NCBI RefSeq assembly: GCF_003334385.1
Contig: NZ_QOWN01000002.1
DNA: 64,000 bases
DNA from: Escherichia coli
GTDB taxonomy: Bacteria > Pseudomonadota > Gammaproteobacteria > Enterobacterales > Enterobacteriaceae
Direction: 5' to 3' (one strand)
The notes beneath the pieces were generated by a model that saw nothing but the letters and a program-made list of their open reading frames with translations, had not been told where the DNA came from and ran no database searches. Positions 13,226-24,106 of the stretch are shown here, one piece after another; positions within the stretch are counted from its first letter, which is position 1; each line of letters begins with the position of its first letter. The translations under genes and the position numbers were made by a program.

Positions 13226-13254
13226 ATGAATAAAGCGCACTCAACAATCTGAAA

Positions 13255-13621
13255 CCCGCCGGAACGGTTTATTACGTACATCAGGTAAAACTGACCGATA
13301 AGCCGCTTTCTTTTGGGTATAGTGTCGTGGACAGTCATTCATCTTTCTGCCCCTCCAAAAGTAAAAACCCGCCGAAGCGGGTTTTTACGTAAAACAGGTG
13401 AAACTGACCGATAAGCCGCTTTCTTTTGGGTATAGTGTCGTGGACAGTCATTCATCTTTCTGCCCCTCCAAAAGCAAAAACCCGCCGAAGCGGGTTTTTA
13501 CGTAAACCAGGTGAAACTGACCGATAAGCCGCTTTCTTTTGGGTATAGCGTCGTGGACAGTCATTCATCTTTCTGCCCCTCCAAAAGCAAAAACCCGCCG
13601 AAGCGGGTTTTTACGTAAATC
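13255..13621. repeat. About 3.25 direct tandem copies of a 113-bp unit downstream of rnpB; each carries a terminator-like hairpin and a copy of the rnpB 3' end
   Basis: cccgccgaagcggg recurs at 13255, 13368, 13481 and 13594 (period 113); each unit repeats caggtgaaactgaccgataagccg...gtcgtggacagtcattcatct, the 3' terminal rnpB sequence. Confidence 0.85.
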
Positions 13622-13998
<377 letters not shown>

Positions 13999-14005
13999 GG
14001 CGCGC

Positions 14006-14033
14006 AGTATAGAGGGTTTGCGCGCCCTTGTCA
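14006..14033 (-). promoter_or_regulatory. rnpB promoter (-10 TATACT, -35 TTGTCA-like) inside the 3' end of garK
   Basis: On the reverse strand TGACAA-16 nt-TATACT lies 8-13 nt upstream of the mature rnpB 5' end. Confidence 0.5.
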
Positions 14034-15176
14034 CCCCGCGTTGCGCATTCCAATCGCCAGTGTCGCGGCGATATTACGTGAAGCACGGCAGATATTGTCA
14101 TAAGCCCCGCGGAATGCTTCGTCCAACGTACCTATGCTGGTCAATACGCTGAAGACCGCATCAATGCCATGCTGATGTACAACGCCAACATCATCGGTCA
14201 GGCTACCCGCAATGCCAATCACCGGTTTATGGTACTTCTTCGCCACGTTTGCGACACCAATCGGTACCTTCCCGTGAATACTCTGGCTGTCAATACGCCC
14301 TTCACCGGTGATCACCAGCGTACAATCGTGAATATGTTCCTCCAGATTCAGCGCCGTAGTGACGATTTCAATACCACTTTTCAGTTCCGCACCAAGAAAC
14401 GCCATTAGCGCCGCGCCCATACCACCCGCAGCTCCTGCACCGGGGACATCTTTCACATCAACATGCAGCGCTTTTTTAATGACCTCGGCATAGTGAGAGA
14501 GGTTATTGTCCAGCTCAACAATCATCGCTTCACTGGCTCCCTTTTGTGGGCCAAAGATGCGCGATGCGCCGTTATCGCCCACCAGCGGATTGGTGACATC
14601 ACAAGCGACGCGAATGACGCAATCTTTTAAGCGCGGATCGAGGCCGGAAATATCAATATCATTCAGAGTATTAAGACTACCGCCGCCAAAACCAATTTCA
14701 TTGCCGTTGGCGTCGCATAATTTCGCCCCCAGCGCCTGTACCATGCCTGCGCCGCCATCATTTGTAGCGCTGCCGCCAATGCCGATAATAATGTTTGTCG
14801 CACCGCTCTCCAGCGCCTGCAGGATTAACTCGCCTGTGCCGCGTGAAGTGGTCACGAGTGGATCGCGTTTTTCCGCAGGTACCAGCTCCAGCCCACTGGC
14901 CGCCGCCATTTCAATAAACGCGGTTTTGCCATCGCCGGAGATCCCCCAACTGGCATTCACTTTCTCGCCCAGCGGCCCTGTAACCCAGGCGTGACGTTCA
15001 GCCCCCTGGGTGGCTGCAATCATCGCTTCCACCGTTCCTTCGCCACCGTCGGCAACCGGAACAGAAACGTACTGTGCATCAGGAAAAATTTCCCGAAATC
15101 CTTTTTCTATCGCCTGCGCAACCTCGCTGGCAGATAAACTTTCTTTATAAGAGTCTGGGGCGATTACGATTTTCAT
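14031..15176 (-). CDS. garK: Glycerate 2-kinase GarK, 381 aa
   Basis: MKIVIAPDSYKESLSASEVAQAIEKGF... glycerate-kinase N-terminus; start trimmed from the track ORF, which is extended upstream. Confidence 0.9.
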   Translation of the reverse strand: MKIVIAPDSYKESLSASEVAQAIEKGFREIFPDAQYVSVPVADGGEGTVEAMIAATQGAERHAWVTGPLGEKVNASWGISGDGKTAFIEMAAASGLELVPAEKRDPLVTTSRGTGELILQALESGATNIIIGIGGSATNDGGAGMVQALGAKLCDANGNEIGFGGGSLNTLNDIDISGLDPRLKDCVIRVACDVTNPLVGDNGASRIFGPQKGASEAMIVELDNNLSHYAEVIKKALHVDVKDVPGAGAAGGMGAALMAFLGAELKSGIEIVTTALNLEEHIHDCTLVITGEGRIDSQSIHGKVPIGVANVAKKYHKPVIGIAGSLTDDVGVVHQHGIDAVFSVLTSIGTLDEAFRGAYDNICRASRNIAATLAIGMRNAG

Positions 15177-15272
15177 ACCTATGCCTGTTACCACATGACG
15201 CCGGAGGGCGTTTCTCTTATTCGGCCTGGATTCCAGGCCCGGATTGCAATACGCCATCCGGGCACGACGTCA

Positions 15273-16157
15273 TTAACGAGTAACTTCGACTTTCGCCAGT
15301 TTTTCGTAGTAGCACGCCAGGGCGCTATGATCCGCCGTTCCTAAACCATCTGCTCGCAGTGCCTGCATCATCTCCATAACCGCAGCTGTGAGCGGCAGTT
15401 GTGCGCCGACGCCGTGAGAAGTATCCAGCGCATTCGCCAGATCCTTAATATGCAGATCAATACGGAAGCCCGGCTTGAAGTTGCGGTCCATCACCATCGG
15501 CGCTTTGGCATCCAGCACGGTACTGCCCGCCAGTCCACCGCGAATTGCCTGATAAACCAGGTCCGGGTTAACGCCCGCTTTAGTTGCCAGCGTTAACGCT
15601 TCTGACATCGCGGCAATATTCAGCGCCACAATGACCTGATTTGCCAGTTTGGTGACGTTACCTGCACCGATTTCCCCGGTATGCACCACGGAACCCGCCA
15701 TCGCTTTCATCAAATCATAGTATTTGTCGAAAATAGCCTTGTCGCCGCCCACCATCACTGACAGCGTACCGTCGATGGCTTTCGGTTCACCGCCGCTCAC
15801 CGGAGCATCCAGCATATCAATGCCTTTCGCTTTCAGCGCTTCGCTGATTTCACGGCTTGCCAGCGGTGCGATAGAACTCATATCGATCAATACCGTACCT
15901 GGCTTCGCGCCTTCAATAATGCCATTCTCACCCAGCGCCACCTCTTTCACATGAGGGGAGTTTGGCAGCATGGTTATGATGACGTCGCACTGTTCAGCGA
16001 TCGCTTTAGCCGTAGACGCTGTTTCTGCACCTGCAGCAATCACGTCAGCAATAGCTTCTGGGTTACGGTCAGCAACCACCAGCGAGTAACCTGCTTTCAG
16101 AAGGTTTTTACTCATTGGTTTACCCATAATCCCCAGGCCAATAAAACCAACTTTCAT
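15273..16157 (-). CDS. garR: Tartronate semialdehyde reductase GarR
   Basis: MKVGFIGLGIMGKPM... NAD-binding GxGxxG N-terminus of the 3-hydroxyisobutyrate dehydrogenase family; start trimmed 5 codons. Confidence 0.9.
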   Translation of the reverse strand: MKVGFIGLGIMGKPMSKNLLKAGYSLVVADRNPEAIADVIAAGAETASTAKAIAEQCDVIITMLPNSPHVKEVALGENGIIEGAKPGTVLIDMSSIAPLASREISEALKAKGIDMLDAPVSGGEPKAIDGTLSVMVGGDKAIFDKYYDLMKAMAGSVVHTGEIGAGNVTKLANQVIVALNIAAMSEALTLATKAGVNPDLVYQAIRGGLAGSTVLDAKAPMVMDRNFKPGFRIDLHIKDLANALDTSHGVGAQLPLTAAVMEMMQALRADGLGTADHSALACYYEKLAKVEVTR

Positions 16158-16192
16158 AGTCATATCAATCATCTCTCTTGTTGCGGTGGTGG

Positions 16193-16963
16193 TTATTTTT
16201 TAAAGGTATCAGCCAGTTTCTGAGTGGCAGAGCGGAAGACGCCGAGATCGCTGCCGACAGCCACAAACGTCGCGCCCCATTCCAGATAACGACGCGCATC
16301 GGCTTCGACCGGCGCGAGGATACCGCTGGGTTTGCCGTGCGCGCTGGCACGGTTAAAAATGTGCTGAATTGCTTTTTGTACATCCGGGTGTGATGCATTG
16401 CCGAGATGGCCTAATGCCGCGGCCAGATCGCTGGGGCCGACGAAGATGCCGTCTACGCCTTCGGTAGCGGCAATGGCATCGACGTTATCTACGCCCTGCT
16501 GACTTTCTATCTGGACCAGAATAGTGATGTTCTTGTTCGACTGAGCGAAATAATCCGCCACGGTGCCAAACATATTGGCGCGGTGAGAAACGGAGACGCC
16601 GCGAATGCCTTCCGGTGGGTAACGGGTTGATGCCACCGCCAGCTCTGCTTCCTCTTTTGTTTCTACAAAAGGAATCAGGAAGTTATAGAAACCGATATCC
16701 AGAAGACGCTTAATAATTACCGGCTCGTTGGTCGGCACTCGCACTACTGGCGCGCTGGCGCTGCCTTTCAAGGCCATTAACTGCGGAATAAACGTGGAGA
16801 TATCGTTTGGCGCATGTTCGCCATCCAGCACCAGCCAGTCAAACCCAGCCAAACCAAGAACTTCAGTGCTAATCGGGTTAGAGAGTGCTGACCAGCAACC
16901 AATTTGTACCTGTTTCGCAGCCAGTGCGGCTTTGAATTTATTCGGGAAAACATCGTTATTCAT
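16193..16963 (-). CDS. garL: 5-keto-4-deoxy-D-glucarate aldolase GarL, 256 aa
   Basis: 256-aa HpcH/HpaI-type aldolase ORF in the garPLRK operon order. Confidence 0.95.
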
Positions 16964-16978
16964 CGCTTATACCTTTGC

Positions 16979-18313
16979 TTATTTCTGCAATTCCATACGT
17001 TTAATGTCGCCAACTACGAAGAGGTAGCAGACCATCGCCATCAGCGCTGAACATCCCACGAAAACCAGTGCTGCATTGAAGGAGTGCAGTTCACTTACCA
17101 GGTAGCCAATCACCAGTGGAGTGACAATGGAGGCAACATTGCCAAAGACGTTAAAGACGCCGCCGCAGAGGCCAACAATCTCTTTCGGCGCGGTGTCAGA
17201 AATCACCGGCCAGCCCAGCGCACCAAATCCTTTGCCAAAGAAAGCCAGCGCCATCAGCATGACCACCAGCGTGGTGTTGTTGGTGTAGTTACATAAGATG
17301 ATGGTGGAAGCCAGCAACATTCCCAGCACAATCGGTAGCTTACGTGCCAGGGTCAGGGATAAACCGCGTTTGATCAGATAATCCGAGAAGACACCTCCCA
17401 GCACGCCGCCCGCAAAACCACACAGTGCTGGAATCGAGGCGACCAGACCCACTTTCAGAATCGACATGCCTTTTTCCTGCACCAGATAAATCGGGAACCA
17501 GGTGAGGAAGAACCAGGTGATGGTGTTGATAAAATATTGTCCGAAAAATACGCCCAGCATCATGCGGTTAGAGAGCAATTGCTTGATGTAATGCAGTTTG
17601 GGTCCGCTTGCTGCCGCACTGCCCGGCTTTTTGTGGTCCATATCGACCACCGCGCCATTTTCAGAGATAAACTTCAGCTCTTCCGCAGACATACGTGGGT
17701 GATCTGTCGGGTTATGAATCAACTTGATCCACAGCGCCGTCAGCACAAAACCAATCACCCCCATAACGGTAAAGACGTGCTCCCAGCCCCAGGCGAAAGT
17801 CAGCCAGCCAAGCAGCGGCGAAAAGAGCGCCAGCGAGAAATATTGCGCCGAGTTAAAGATGGCGGAGGCAGTACCACGTTCTTTCGTCGGGAACCAGGCG
17901 GCGACAATTCGGGCGTTCGCCGGGAATGATGGCGCTTCCGAGAAGCCGAGCATAAAGCGCATAAAGAACATGGAGATCCCTGCCCAGGCCAGCGGGAACA
18001 TATCAACAAAGCCTTGCAGGAAGGTGAATAGCGACCAGAAAAAGAGGCTGTAGGTGTAAACTTTTTTCGAGCCAAACTTATCAAGCAGCCAGCCGCCGGG
18101 GATTTGCATCAGCAAGTAGGCCCAGCCAAAAGCGGAGAAGATGTAACCCATCGAAACCGCACTTAACTGCAACTCTTTTGCCACTTCGGTACCAGCAATA
18201 GACAGCGTTGCACGATCGGCGTAGTTAACGGCGGTAACAATAAAAATAATCAGTAATATTAAATAGCGGGTATGCACGCCTTTCTTTTTTTCGTCAACGG
18301 TGTCCAGAATCAT
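16979..18313 (-). CDS. garP: Glucarate/galactarate MFS transporter GarP, 444 aa
   Basis: 444-aa 12-TM-like hydrophobic ORF; first gene of garPLRK. Confidence 0.95.
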   Translation of the reverse strand: MILDTVDEKKKGVHTRYLILLIIFIVTAVNYADRATLSIAGTEVAKELQLSAVSMGYIFSAFGWAYLLMQIPGGWLLDKFGSKKVYTYSLFFWSLFTFLQGFVDMFPLAWAGISMFFMRFMLGFSEAPSFPANARIVAAWFPTKERGTASAIFNSAQYFSLALFSPLLGWLTFAWGWEHVFTVMGVIGFVLTALWIKLIHNPTDHPRMSAEELKFISENGAVVDMDHKKPGSAAASGPKLHYIKQLLSNRMMLGVFFGQYFINTITWFFLTWFPIYLVQEKGMSILKVGLVASIPALCGFAGGVLGGVFSDYLIKRGLSLTLARKLPIVLGMLLASTIILCNYTNNTTLVVMLMALAFFGKGFGALGWPVISDTAPKEIVGLCGGVFNVFGNVASIVTPLVIGYLVSELHSFNAALVFVGCSALMAMVCYLFVVGDIKRMELQK

Positions 18314-18687
18314 TTTATTTACCTCGGGTACTTATGCTGATTTTTATTATTATGGGGAAGGTGTTATTTATGAGTTTCATTTATGCCGTAACGACAATGA
18401 ACTCGGGAATTAGTATAAGCAGCGCGAGAATAATAATCATTGTGCAAATGCTAATTTAATTAATACTATTTAAATATTATTTTGAGCATATGCACATAAG
18501 GTTGCGCGCTAAAGCACAGATTTGCGCTTTACCTTACCGGGCGGCACTGCAATCCCTGAAATGATTGACATTGATCACATTTCTGCGTTTAAACTCCTGA
18601 CATTCTTATTTCACCCAATGAAGTCATTTATTTTTAAATGAGACCAGGTCCTCATTTTAATAACCCCTGGCTGGAGAATATTGCACA
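18314..18687. promoter_or_regulatory. Divergent garP / garD promoter region (CdaR-regulated by established knowledge)
   Basis: 374-bp AT-rich gap between divergent garP and garD; sites not resolved by eye. Confidence 0.4.
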
Positions 18688-20259
18688 ATGGCCAACATCG
18701 AAATCAGACAAGAAACGCCAACTGCGTTTTATATAAAAGTTCACGACACAGATAATGTGGCAATTATTGTTAATGATAATGGCCTGAAAGCAGGAACGCG
18801 TTTTCCGGATGGGCTGGAATTAATTGAACATATTCCCCAGGGGCATAAAGTCGCATTGCTGGACATTCCGGCTAATGGTGAAATTATTCGTTATGGCGAA
18901 GTGATTGGTTACGCCGTGCGTGCAATCCCACGCGGAAGCTGGATCGACGAATCAATGGTTGTACTACCGGAAGCGCCGCCGTTACACACGCTGCCACTGG
19001 CAACCAAAGTCCCGGAACCCTTACCGCCGCTGGAAGGATACACCTTTGAGGGCTATCGCAATGCCGATGGCAGCGTGGGCACCAAAAACCTGCTCGGTAT
19101 CACCACCAGCGTCCACTGTGTGGCAGGCGTGGTGGACTATGTAGTAAAAATCATTGAACGCGATCTGCTACCGAAATACCCGAACGTCGATGGCGTGGTG
19201 GGGCTGAATCATTTGTACGGTTGTGGCGTGGCGATTAACGCACCGGCGGCAGTTGTACCTATCCGTACCATTCACAATATTTCGCTGAATCCTAACTTTG
19301 GCGGCGAAGTAATGGTGATTGGCCTGGGTTGTGAAAAGTTGCAGCCTGAGCGCCTGCTGACTGGAACGGATGATGTGCAAGCTATTCCAGTAGAAAGCGC
19401 CAGCATTGTCAGTTTGCAGGATGAAAAGCATGTCGGTTTTCAGTCCATGGTCGAGGATATTTTGCAGATCGCCGAACGCCATCTACAAAAACTGAATCAA
19501 CGGCAGCGAGAAACCTGCCCGGCTTCAGAACTGGTCGTTGGTATGCAGTGCGGTGGCAGCGATGCGTTTTCTGGTGTAACGGCAAACCCGGCGGTTGGCT
19601 ATGCGTCTGATCTACTGGTGCGCTGCGGCGCAACGGTGATGTTTTCAGAAGTAACGGAAGTGCGTGACGCGATCCATCTGCTGACACCACGCGCAGTGAA
19701 CGAAGAGGTCGGCAAACGGCTGCTGGAGGAGATGGAGTGGTACGATAACTATCTCAATATGGGAAAAACCGACCGCAGCGCCAACCCTTCGCCGGGCAAC
19801 AAGAAAGGCGGTCTGGCAAACGTGGTAGAGAAGGCACTCGGCTCCATTGCTAAATCGGGTAAAAGCGCAATTGTTGAAGTGCTGTCGCCCGGTCAACGCC
19901 CGACTAAACGCGGATTAATTTACGCCGCGACGCCAGCCAGCGATTTTGTCTGTGGCACGCAACAGGTGGCTTCGGGTATCACAGTGCAAGTGTTTACGAC
20001 CGGTCGTGGTACGCCGTACGGCCTGATGGCGGTACCCGTCATTAAAATGGCAACCCGCACCGAGCTGGCGAACCGCTGGTTTGATTTAATGGATATTAAT
20101 GCGGGCACCATCGCTACCGGCGAAGAAACTATTGAAGAGGTGGGCTGGAAGTTGTTCCACTTTATTCTCGACGTCGCCAGCGGGAAGAAGAAAACCTTCT
20201 CGGATCAATGGGGGCTGCATAACCAGCTGGCGGTGTTTAACCCGGCACCGGTGACCTGA
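18688..20259 (+). CDS. garD: Galactarate dehydratase GarD, 523 aa
   Basis: 523-aa ORF (SAF N-terminal domain, altronate/galactarate dehydratase family) divergent from garP. Confidence 0.95.
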   Translation: MANIEIRQETPTAFYIKVHDTDNVAIIVNDNGLKAGTRFPDGLELIEHIPQGHKVALLDIPANGEIIRYGEVIGYAVRAIPRGSWIDESMVVLPEAPPLHTLPLATKVPEPLPPLEGYTFEGYRNADGSVGTKNLLGITTSVHCVAGVVDYVVKIIERDLLPKYPNVDGVVGLNHLYGCGVAINAPAAVVPIRTIHNISLNPNFGGEVMVIGLGCEKLQPERLLTGTDDVQAIPVESASIVSLQDEKHVGFQSMVEDILQIAERHLQKLNQRQRETCPASELVVGMQCGGSDAFSGVTANPAVGYASDLLVRCGATVMFSEVTEVRDAIHLLTPRAVNEEVGKRLLEEMEWYDNYLNMGKTDRSANPSPGNKKGGLANVVEKALGSIAKSGKSAIVEVLSPGQRPTKRGLIYAATPASDFVCGTQQVASGITVQVFTTGRGTPYGLMAVPVIKMATRTELANRWFDLMDINAGTIATGEETIEEVGWKLFHFILDVASGKKKTFSDQWGLHNQLAVFNPAPVT

Positions 20260-20282
20260 TTTCTTTTGGAACGTCCCTCGCA

Positions 20283-20310
20283 AAACATGGCCTTAGTGCC
20301 ATGTTTTTAT
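20283..20310 (+). terminator. Rho-independent terminator after garD
   Basis: aacatggc-cttagt-gccatgtt hairpin followed by TTTTAT. Confidence 0.55.
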
Positions 20311-20407
20311 TGTTTAAAGCCCCCACGTCCATTAATAATGCATTTGCATTACCTTAGTTCAAGCTTATAATTTGAGCAGAAAACAGGCTGTAAAAGGACA
20401 GTGAATC

Positions 20408-20743
20408 ATGCCCGCTAATGCTCGCTCTCACGCTGTACTGACCACTGAATCAAAGGTCACGATACGCGGACAAACAACTATCCCCGCGCCAGTGCGTGAG
20501 GCCTTAAAACTGAAGCCAGGCCAGGACAGCATTCATTACGAAATTCTGCCTGGTGGGCAAGTATTTATGTGCCGACTGGGAGATGAACAGGAGGATCATA
20601 CTATGAATGCATTTTTGCGTTTTCTGGATGCAGATATCCAGAACAACCCGCAAAAAACTCGTCCATTCAACATTCAACAAGGAAAGAAACTTGTCGCTGG
20701 CATGGACGTCAACATTGATGATGAGATTGGCGACGACGAATAA
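20408..20743 (+). CDS. prlF: Antitoxin PrlF (SohA), AbrB/SpoVT-fold, 111 aa
   Basis: 111-aa ORF with acidic C-terminus (…DDEIGDDE); stop TAA overlaps the yhaV ATG (TAATG). Confidence 0.9.
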   Translation: MPANARSHAVLTTESKVTIRGQTTIPAPVREALKLKPGQDSIHYEILPGGQVFMCRLGDEQEDHTMNAFLRFLDADIQNNPQKTRPFNIQQGKKLVAGMDVNIDDEIGDDE

Positions 20744-21207
20744 TGGATTTTCCACAAAGGGTTAATGGTTGGGCGCTATATGCTCATCCCTGTTTTCAGG
20801 AAACCTACGACGCTTTAGTTGCCGAAGTCGAGACATTAAAGGGAAAAGATCCTGAAAATTATCAGAGAAAAGCCGCCACAAAGTTATTGGCGGTAGTCCA
20901 TAAAGTGATTGAGGAGCATATCACGGTCAATCCATCATCACCGGCATTCCGTCATGGCAAGTCGTTAGGCTCTGGGAAAAATAAAGACTGGTCACGGGTA
21001 AAATTTGGTGCTGGTCGTTATCGTCTCTTCTTTCGTTATAGTGAAAAAGAGAAAGTCATCATTCTGGGATGGATGAACGATGAAAACACTCTGCGCACCT
21101 ACGGTAAAAAAACAGATGCCTATACCGTATTCAGCAAAATGTTAAAAAGAGGACATCCTCCTGCCGACTGGGAAACCCTCACCCGAGAAACAGAAGAAAC
21201 CCATTGA
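20743..21207 (+). CDS. yhaV: Ribonuclease toxin YhaV (RelE/ParE superfamily), 154 aa
   Basis: 154-aa ORF translationally coupled to prlF. Confidence 0.9.
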   Translation: MDFPQRVNGWALYAHPCFQETYDALVAEVETLKGKDPENYQRKAATKLLAVVHKVIEEHITVNPSSPAFRHGKSLGSGKNKDWSRVKFGAGRYRLFFRYSEKEKVIILGWMNDENTLRTYGKKTDAYTVFSKMLKRGHPPADWETLTRETEETH

Positions 21208-21261
21208 TGGTGTTCACAATGCCCGCCGAACGCATTCGTGTTGACCAGCGGGCATCCTTTC

Positions 21262-22071
21262 TCACTCCCCGACCAGAATCACTTCAACCCCAGCCTTTCG
21301 CAGTCCTTCCAGGCTATCCGCAGGAATGCCTTCATCAACAATGATCATGTCGATACGTTGAGTATCAATGATCTTATGTAAACTGGAACGATTGAACTTA
21401 CTGGAATCGGTGACCACGATGATCCGTTCCGCAACTTCGCACATCCGACGGTTTAAACGAGCTTCATCTTCATTATGTGTGCTGACGCCGCGCTCCAGAT
21501 CGATCGCATCTACACCAAGAAACAGCATATCGAAGTGGTAATTTTGCAGCGATTGCTCAGCCTGATCGCCGTAAAAAGATTGCGACTGACGGCGCAAATG
21601 CCCGCCGGTCATCAGCAGCTCAACGCCTTCCGCTTCCAGCAACGCATTAGCCACGTTCATACCGTTGGTCATCGCAATTACGTCAGTGTGCTTGCGCATC
21701 AGACGAGCAATCTCAAAAGTGGTGGTCCCGGAATCGAGGATAACCCGATGACCTGGCTGAATCAACTCAACGGCAGCTTTCGCAACGCTGCGTTTCATCG
21801 CGGTGTTCAGTGCGCTTTTATCTTCCACTGATGGCTCGACTGACGGCGTCGTGCTATCGCAGATCAACGCGCCACCATAGGCACGCACAGCGATCCCCTG
21901 CTTTTCCAGAAACGCCAGATCGTTGCGGATCGTCACAGTAGATACGCCATACAATGCCGACAGATCGTTAACCTGCACACTCCCTTGCTGTCGCAGACGC
22001 TGAATGATCTGTTCTCGTCGCTCGCTGGTGCCAGTCACTCGCTTCTCACCTGAAGCGTCGGTATTACTCAT
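21262..22071 (-). CDS. agaR: DeoR-family repressor AgaR, 269 aa
   Basis: N-terminal HTH (…[39 protein letters not shown]…) plus DeoR C-terminal sugar-binding domain. Confidence 0.95.
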
Positions 22072-22084
22072 AGTAAGTCCTTTC

Positions 22085-22295
22085 GTAAAACTTTCGTTTC
22101 ATTTCGTTTTGCCTATTAACGCCTTTCTATTAAGCAAATGCAAGCCCACCTTGCCCATTGACGCAAGCTACTCTCGTTTCAGTGACTTTCATTATGTTTC
22201 TTTTGTGAATCAGATCAGAAAACTATTATCTTTCGTTTTATTTTTATCTCACCATGACGCAGTATCAACTGAAACAAAACGAAAGATTAATATCG
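22085..22295. promoter_or_regulatory. agaR / kbaZ divergent promoters with repeated CTTTC-GTTT (AgaR operator-like) motifs
   Basis: ctttcgtttcatttcgtttt (22091), ctctcgtttcagtgactttc (22171), ctttcgttttattttt (22229) and inverted aaacaaaacgaaag (22271). Confidence 0.5.
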
Positions 22296-22319
22296 CAGTA
22301 ATCTGAACTGGAGAGGAAA

Positions 22320-23600
22320 GTGAAACATCTGACAGAAATGGTGAGAGAGCACAAAGCGGGCAAAACAAATGGAATTTATGCCGTTTGTTCCGCACATCCG
22401 CTGGTGCTGGAGGCTGCAATCCGCTACGCCAGTGCAAACCAAACGCCGTTACTGATTGAAGCAACCTCCAATCAGGTAGACCAGTTCGGCGGTTATACCG
22501 GAATGACGCCCGCCGATTTTCGCGGCTTTGTTTGTCAGCTCGCCGACTCGTTGAATTTCCCGCAGGATGCGTTGATTCTGGGTGGTGACCATCTGGGGCC
22601 AAACCGCTGGCAAAACCTGCCGGCCGCTCAGGCAATGGCCAATGCCGATGATTTGATTAAAAGCTACGTTGCGGCAGGATTCAAAAAAATCCACCTTGAT
22701 TGCAGCATGTCCTGTCAGGACGATCCGATTCCCTTAACTGATGACATCGTGGCTGAACGCGCCGCCCGTCTGGCGAAAGTGGCGGAAGAAACCTGTCTTG
22801 AACACTTTGGCGAAGCCGATCTGGAGTATGTCATTGGTACCGAAGTGCCGGTACCTGGCGGCGCGCATGAAACCTTAAGCGAGCTGGCGGTCACCACGCC
22901 GGATGCCGCCCGCGCCACGCTGGAAGCCCATCGTCACGCCTTTGAAAAGCAAGGTTTGAATGCCATCTGGCCACGCATCATTGCCCTGGTGGTTCAACCC
23001 GGCGTCGAATTCGATCACACCAACGTTATTGATTATCAGCCCGCCAAAGCGAGCGCCTTAAGCCAGATGGTCGAAAACTACGAAACGCTGATTTTCGAAG
23101 CGCACTCTACCGATTATCAAACGCCGCAATCGCTGCGCCAGCTGGTGATTGACCACTTTGCCATTCTGAAAGTTGGCCCAGCGCTGACCTTCGCCCTGCG
23201 TGAAGCTCTGTTCTCTCTGGCGGCGATTGAAGAAGAACTGGTGCCAGCGAAAGCCTGTTCTGGTCTGCGTCAGGTGCTGGAAGACGTGATGCTCGACCGC
23301 CCGGAATACTGGCAAAGCCACTACCACGGTGACGGCAACGCGCGTCGTCTGGCGCGTGGTTATAGCTACTCGGATCGCGTGCGCTATTACTGGCCGGACA
23401 GCCAGATTGATGACGCTTTCGCTCATCTGGTACGTAATCTGGCGGATTCACCAATTCCGCTGCCGCTGATCAGCCAGTATCTGCCGCTGCAGTACGTGAA
23501 AGTTCGCTCCGGCGAGCTGCAGCCAACGCCACGGGAACTCATTATCAACCATATTCAGGACATCCTGGCGCAGTACCACACAGCCTGTGAAGGCCAATAA
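22320..23600 (+). CDS. kbaZ: Tagatose-bisphosphate aldolase non-catalytic subunit KbaZ (AgaZ), 426 aa
   Basis: 426-aa ORF of the GatZ/KbaZ family, first gene after the agaR operator region. Confidence 0.95.
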   Translation: MKHLTEMVREHKAGKTNGIYAVCSAHPLVLEAAIRYASANQTPLLIEATSNQVDQFGGYTGMTPADFRGFVCQLADSLNFPQDALILGGDHLGPNRWQNLPAAQAMANADDLIKSYVAAGFKKIHLDCSMSCQDDPIPLTDDIVAERAARLAKVAEETCLEHFGEADLEYVIGTEVPVPGGAHETLSELAVTTPDAARATLEAHRHAFEKQGLNAIWPRIIALVVQPGVEFDHTNVIDYQPAKASALSQMVENYETLIFEAHSTDYQTPQSLRQLVIDHFAILKVGPALTFALREALFSLAAIEEELVPAKACSGLRQVLEDVMLDRPEYWQSHYHGDGNARRLARGYSYSDRVRYYWPDSQIDDAFAHLVRNLADSPIPLPLISQYLPLQYVKVRSGELQPTPRELIINHIQDILAQYHTACEGQ

Positions 23601-23622
23601 GCAAAACAAAGAGGAACACGCT

Positions 23623-24096
23623 ATGCCAAATATTGTTTTAAGCCGGATTGATGAACGCTTGATTCACGGTCAGGTCGGCGTTCAATGGGTCGGATTTGCG
23701 GGGGCAAATCTGGTGCTGGTAGCCAACGATGAGGTTGCCGAAGATCCGGTACAACAAAACCTGATGGAAATGGTACTGGCAGAAGGGATCGCCGTACGTT
23801 TCTGGACGCTGCAAAAAGTTATCGACAACATTCATCGCGCCGCCGATCGACAGAAAATCCTGCTGGTTTGTAAAACACCCGCCGATTTCCTGACGCTGGT
23901 GAAAGGTGGCGTTCCGGTGAATCGCATTAACGTTGGCAATATGCACTACGCCAATGGCAAACAACAAATCGCCAAAACGGTTTCTGTGGATGCGGGCGAT
24001 ATCGCAGCATTTAACGACCTGAAAACCGCTGGGGTGGAATGCTTCGTTCAGGGCGTCCCGACAGAGCCTGCTGTGGACCTCTTTAAATTACTTTGA
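23623..24096 (+). CDS. agaV: PTS N-acetylgalactosamine-specific EIIB (AgaV), 157 aa
   Basis: MPNIVLSRIDERLIHGQVG... mannose-family EIIB N-terminus with the phospho-His; start trimmed 12 codons from the track ORF. Confidence 0.9.
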   Translation: MPNIVLSRIDERLIHGQVGVQWVGFAGANLVLVANDEVAEDPVQQNLMEMVLAEGIAVRFWTLQKVIDNIHRAADRQKILLVCKTPADFLTLVKGGVPVNRINVGNMHYANGKQQIAKTVSVDAGDIAAFNDLKTAGVECFVQGVPTEPAVDLFKLL

Positions 24097-24106
24097 GGGA
24101 TTCATC

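Noticed and set aside
13255-13621. Possibility that the 113-bp tandem repeats are a CRISPR array
   Set aside because: Units are 113 bp with no alternating unique spacers; each unit is a copy of the rnpB 3' end plus terminator; no cas genes nearby
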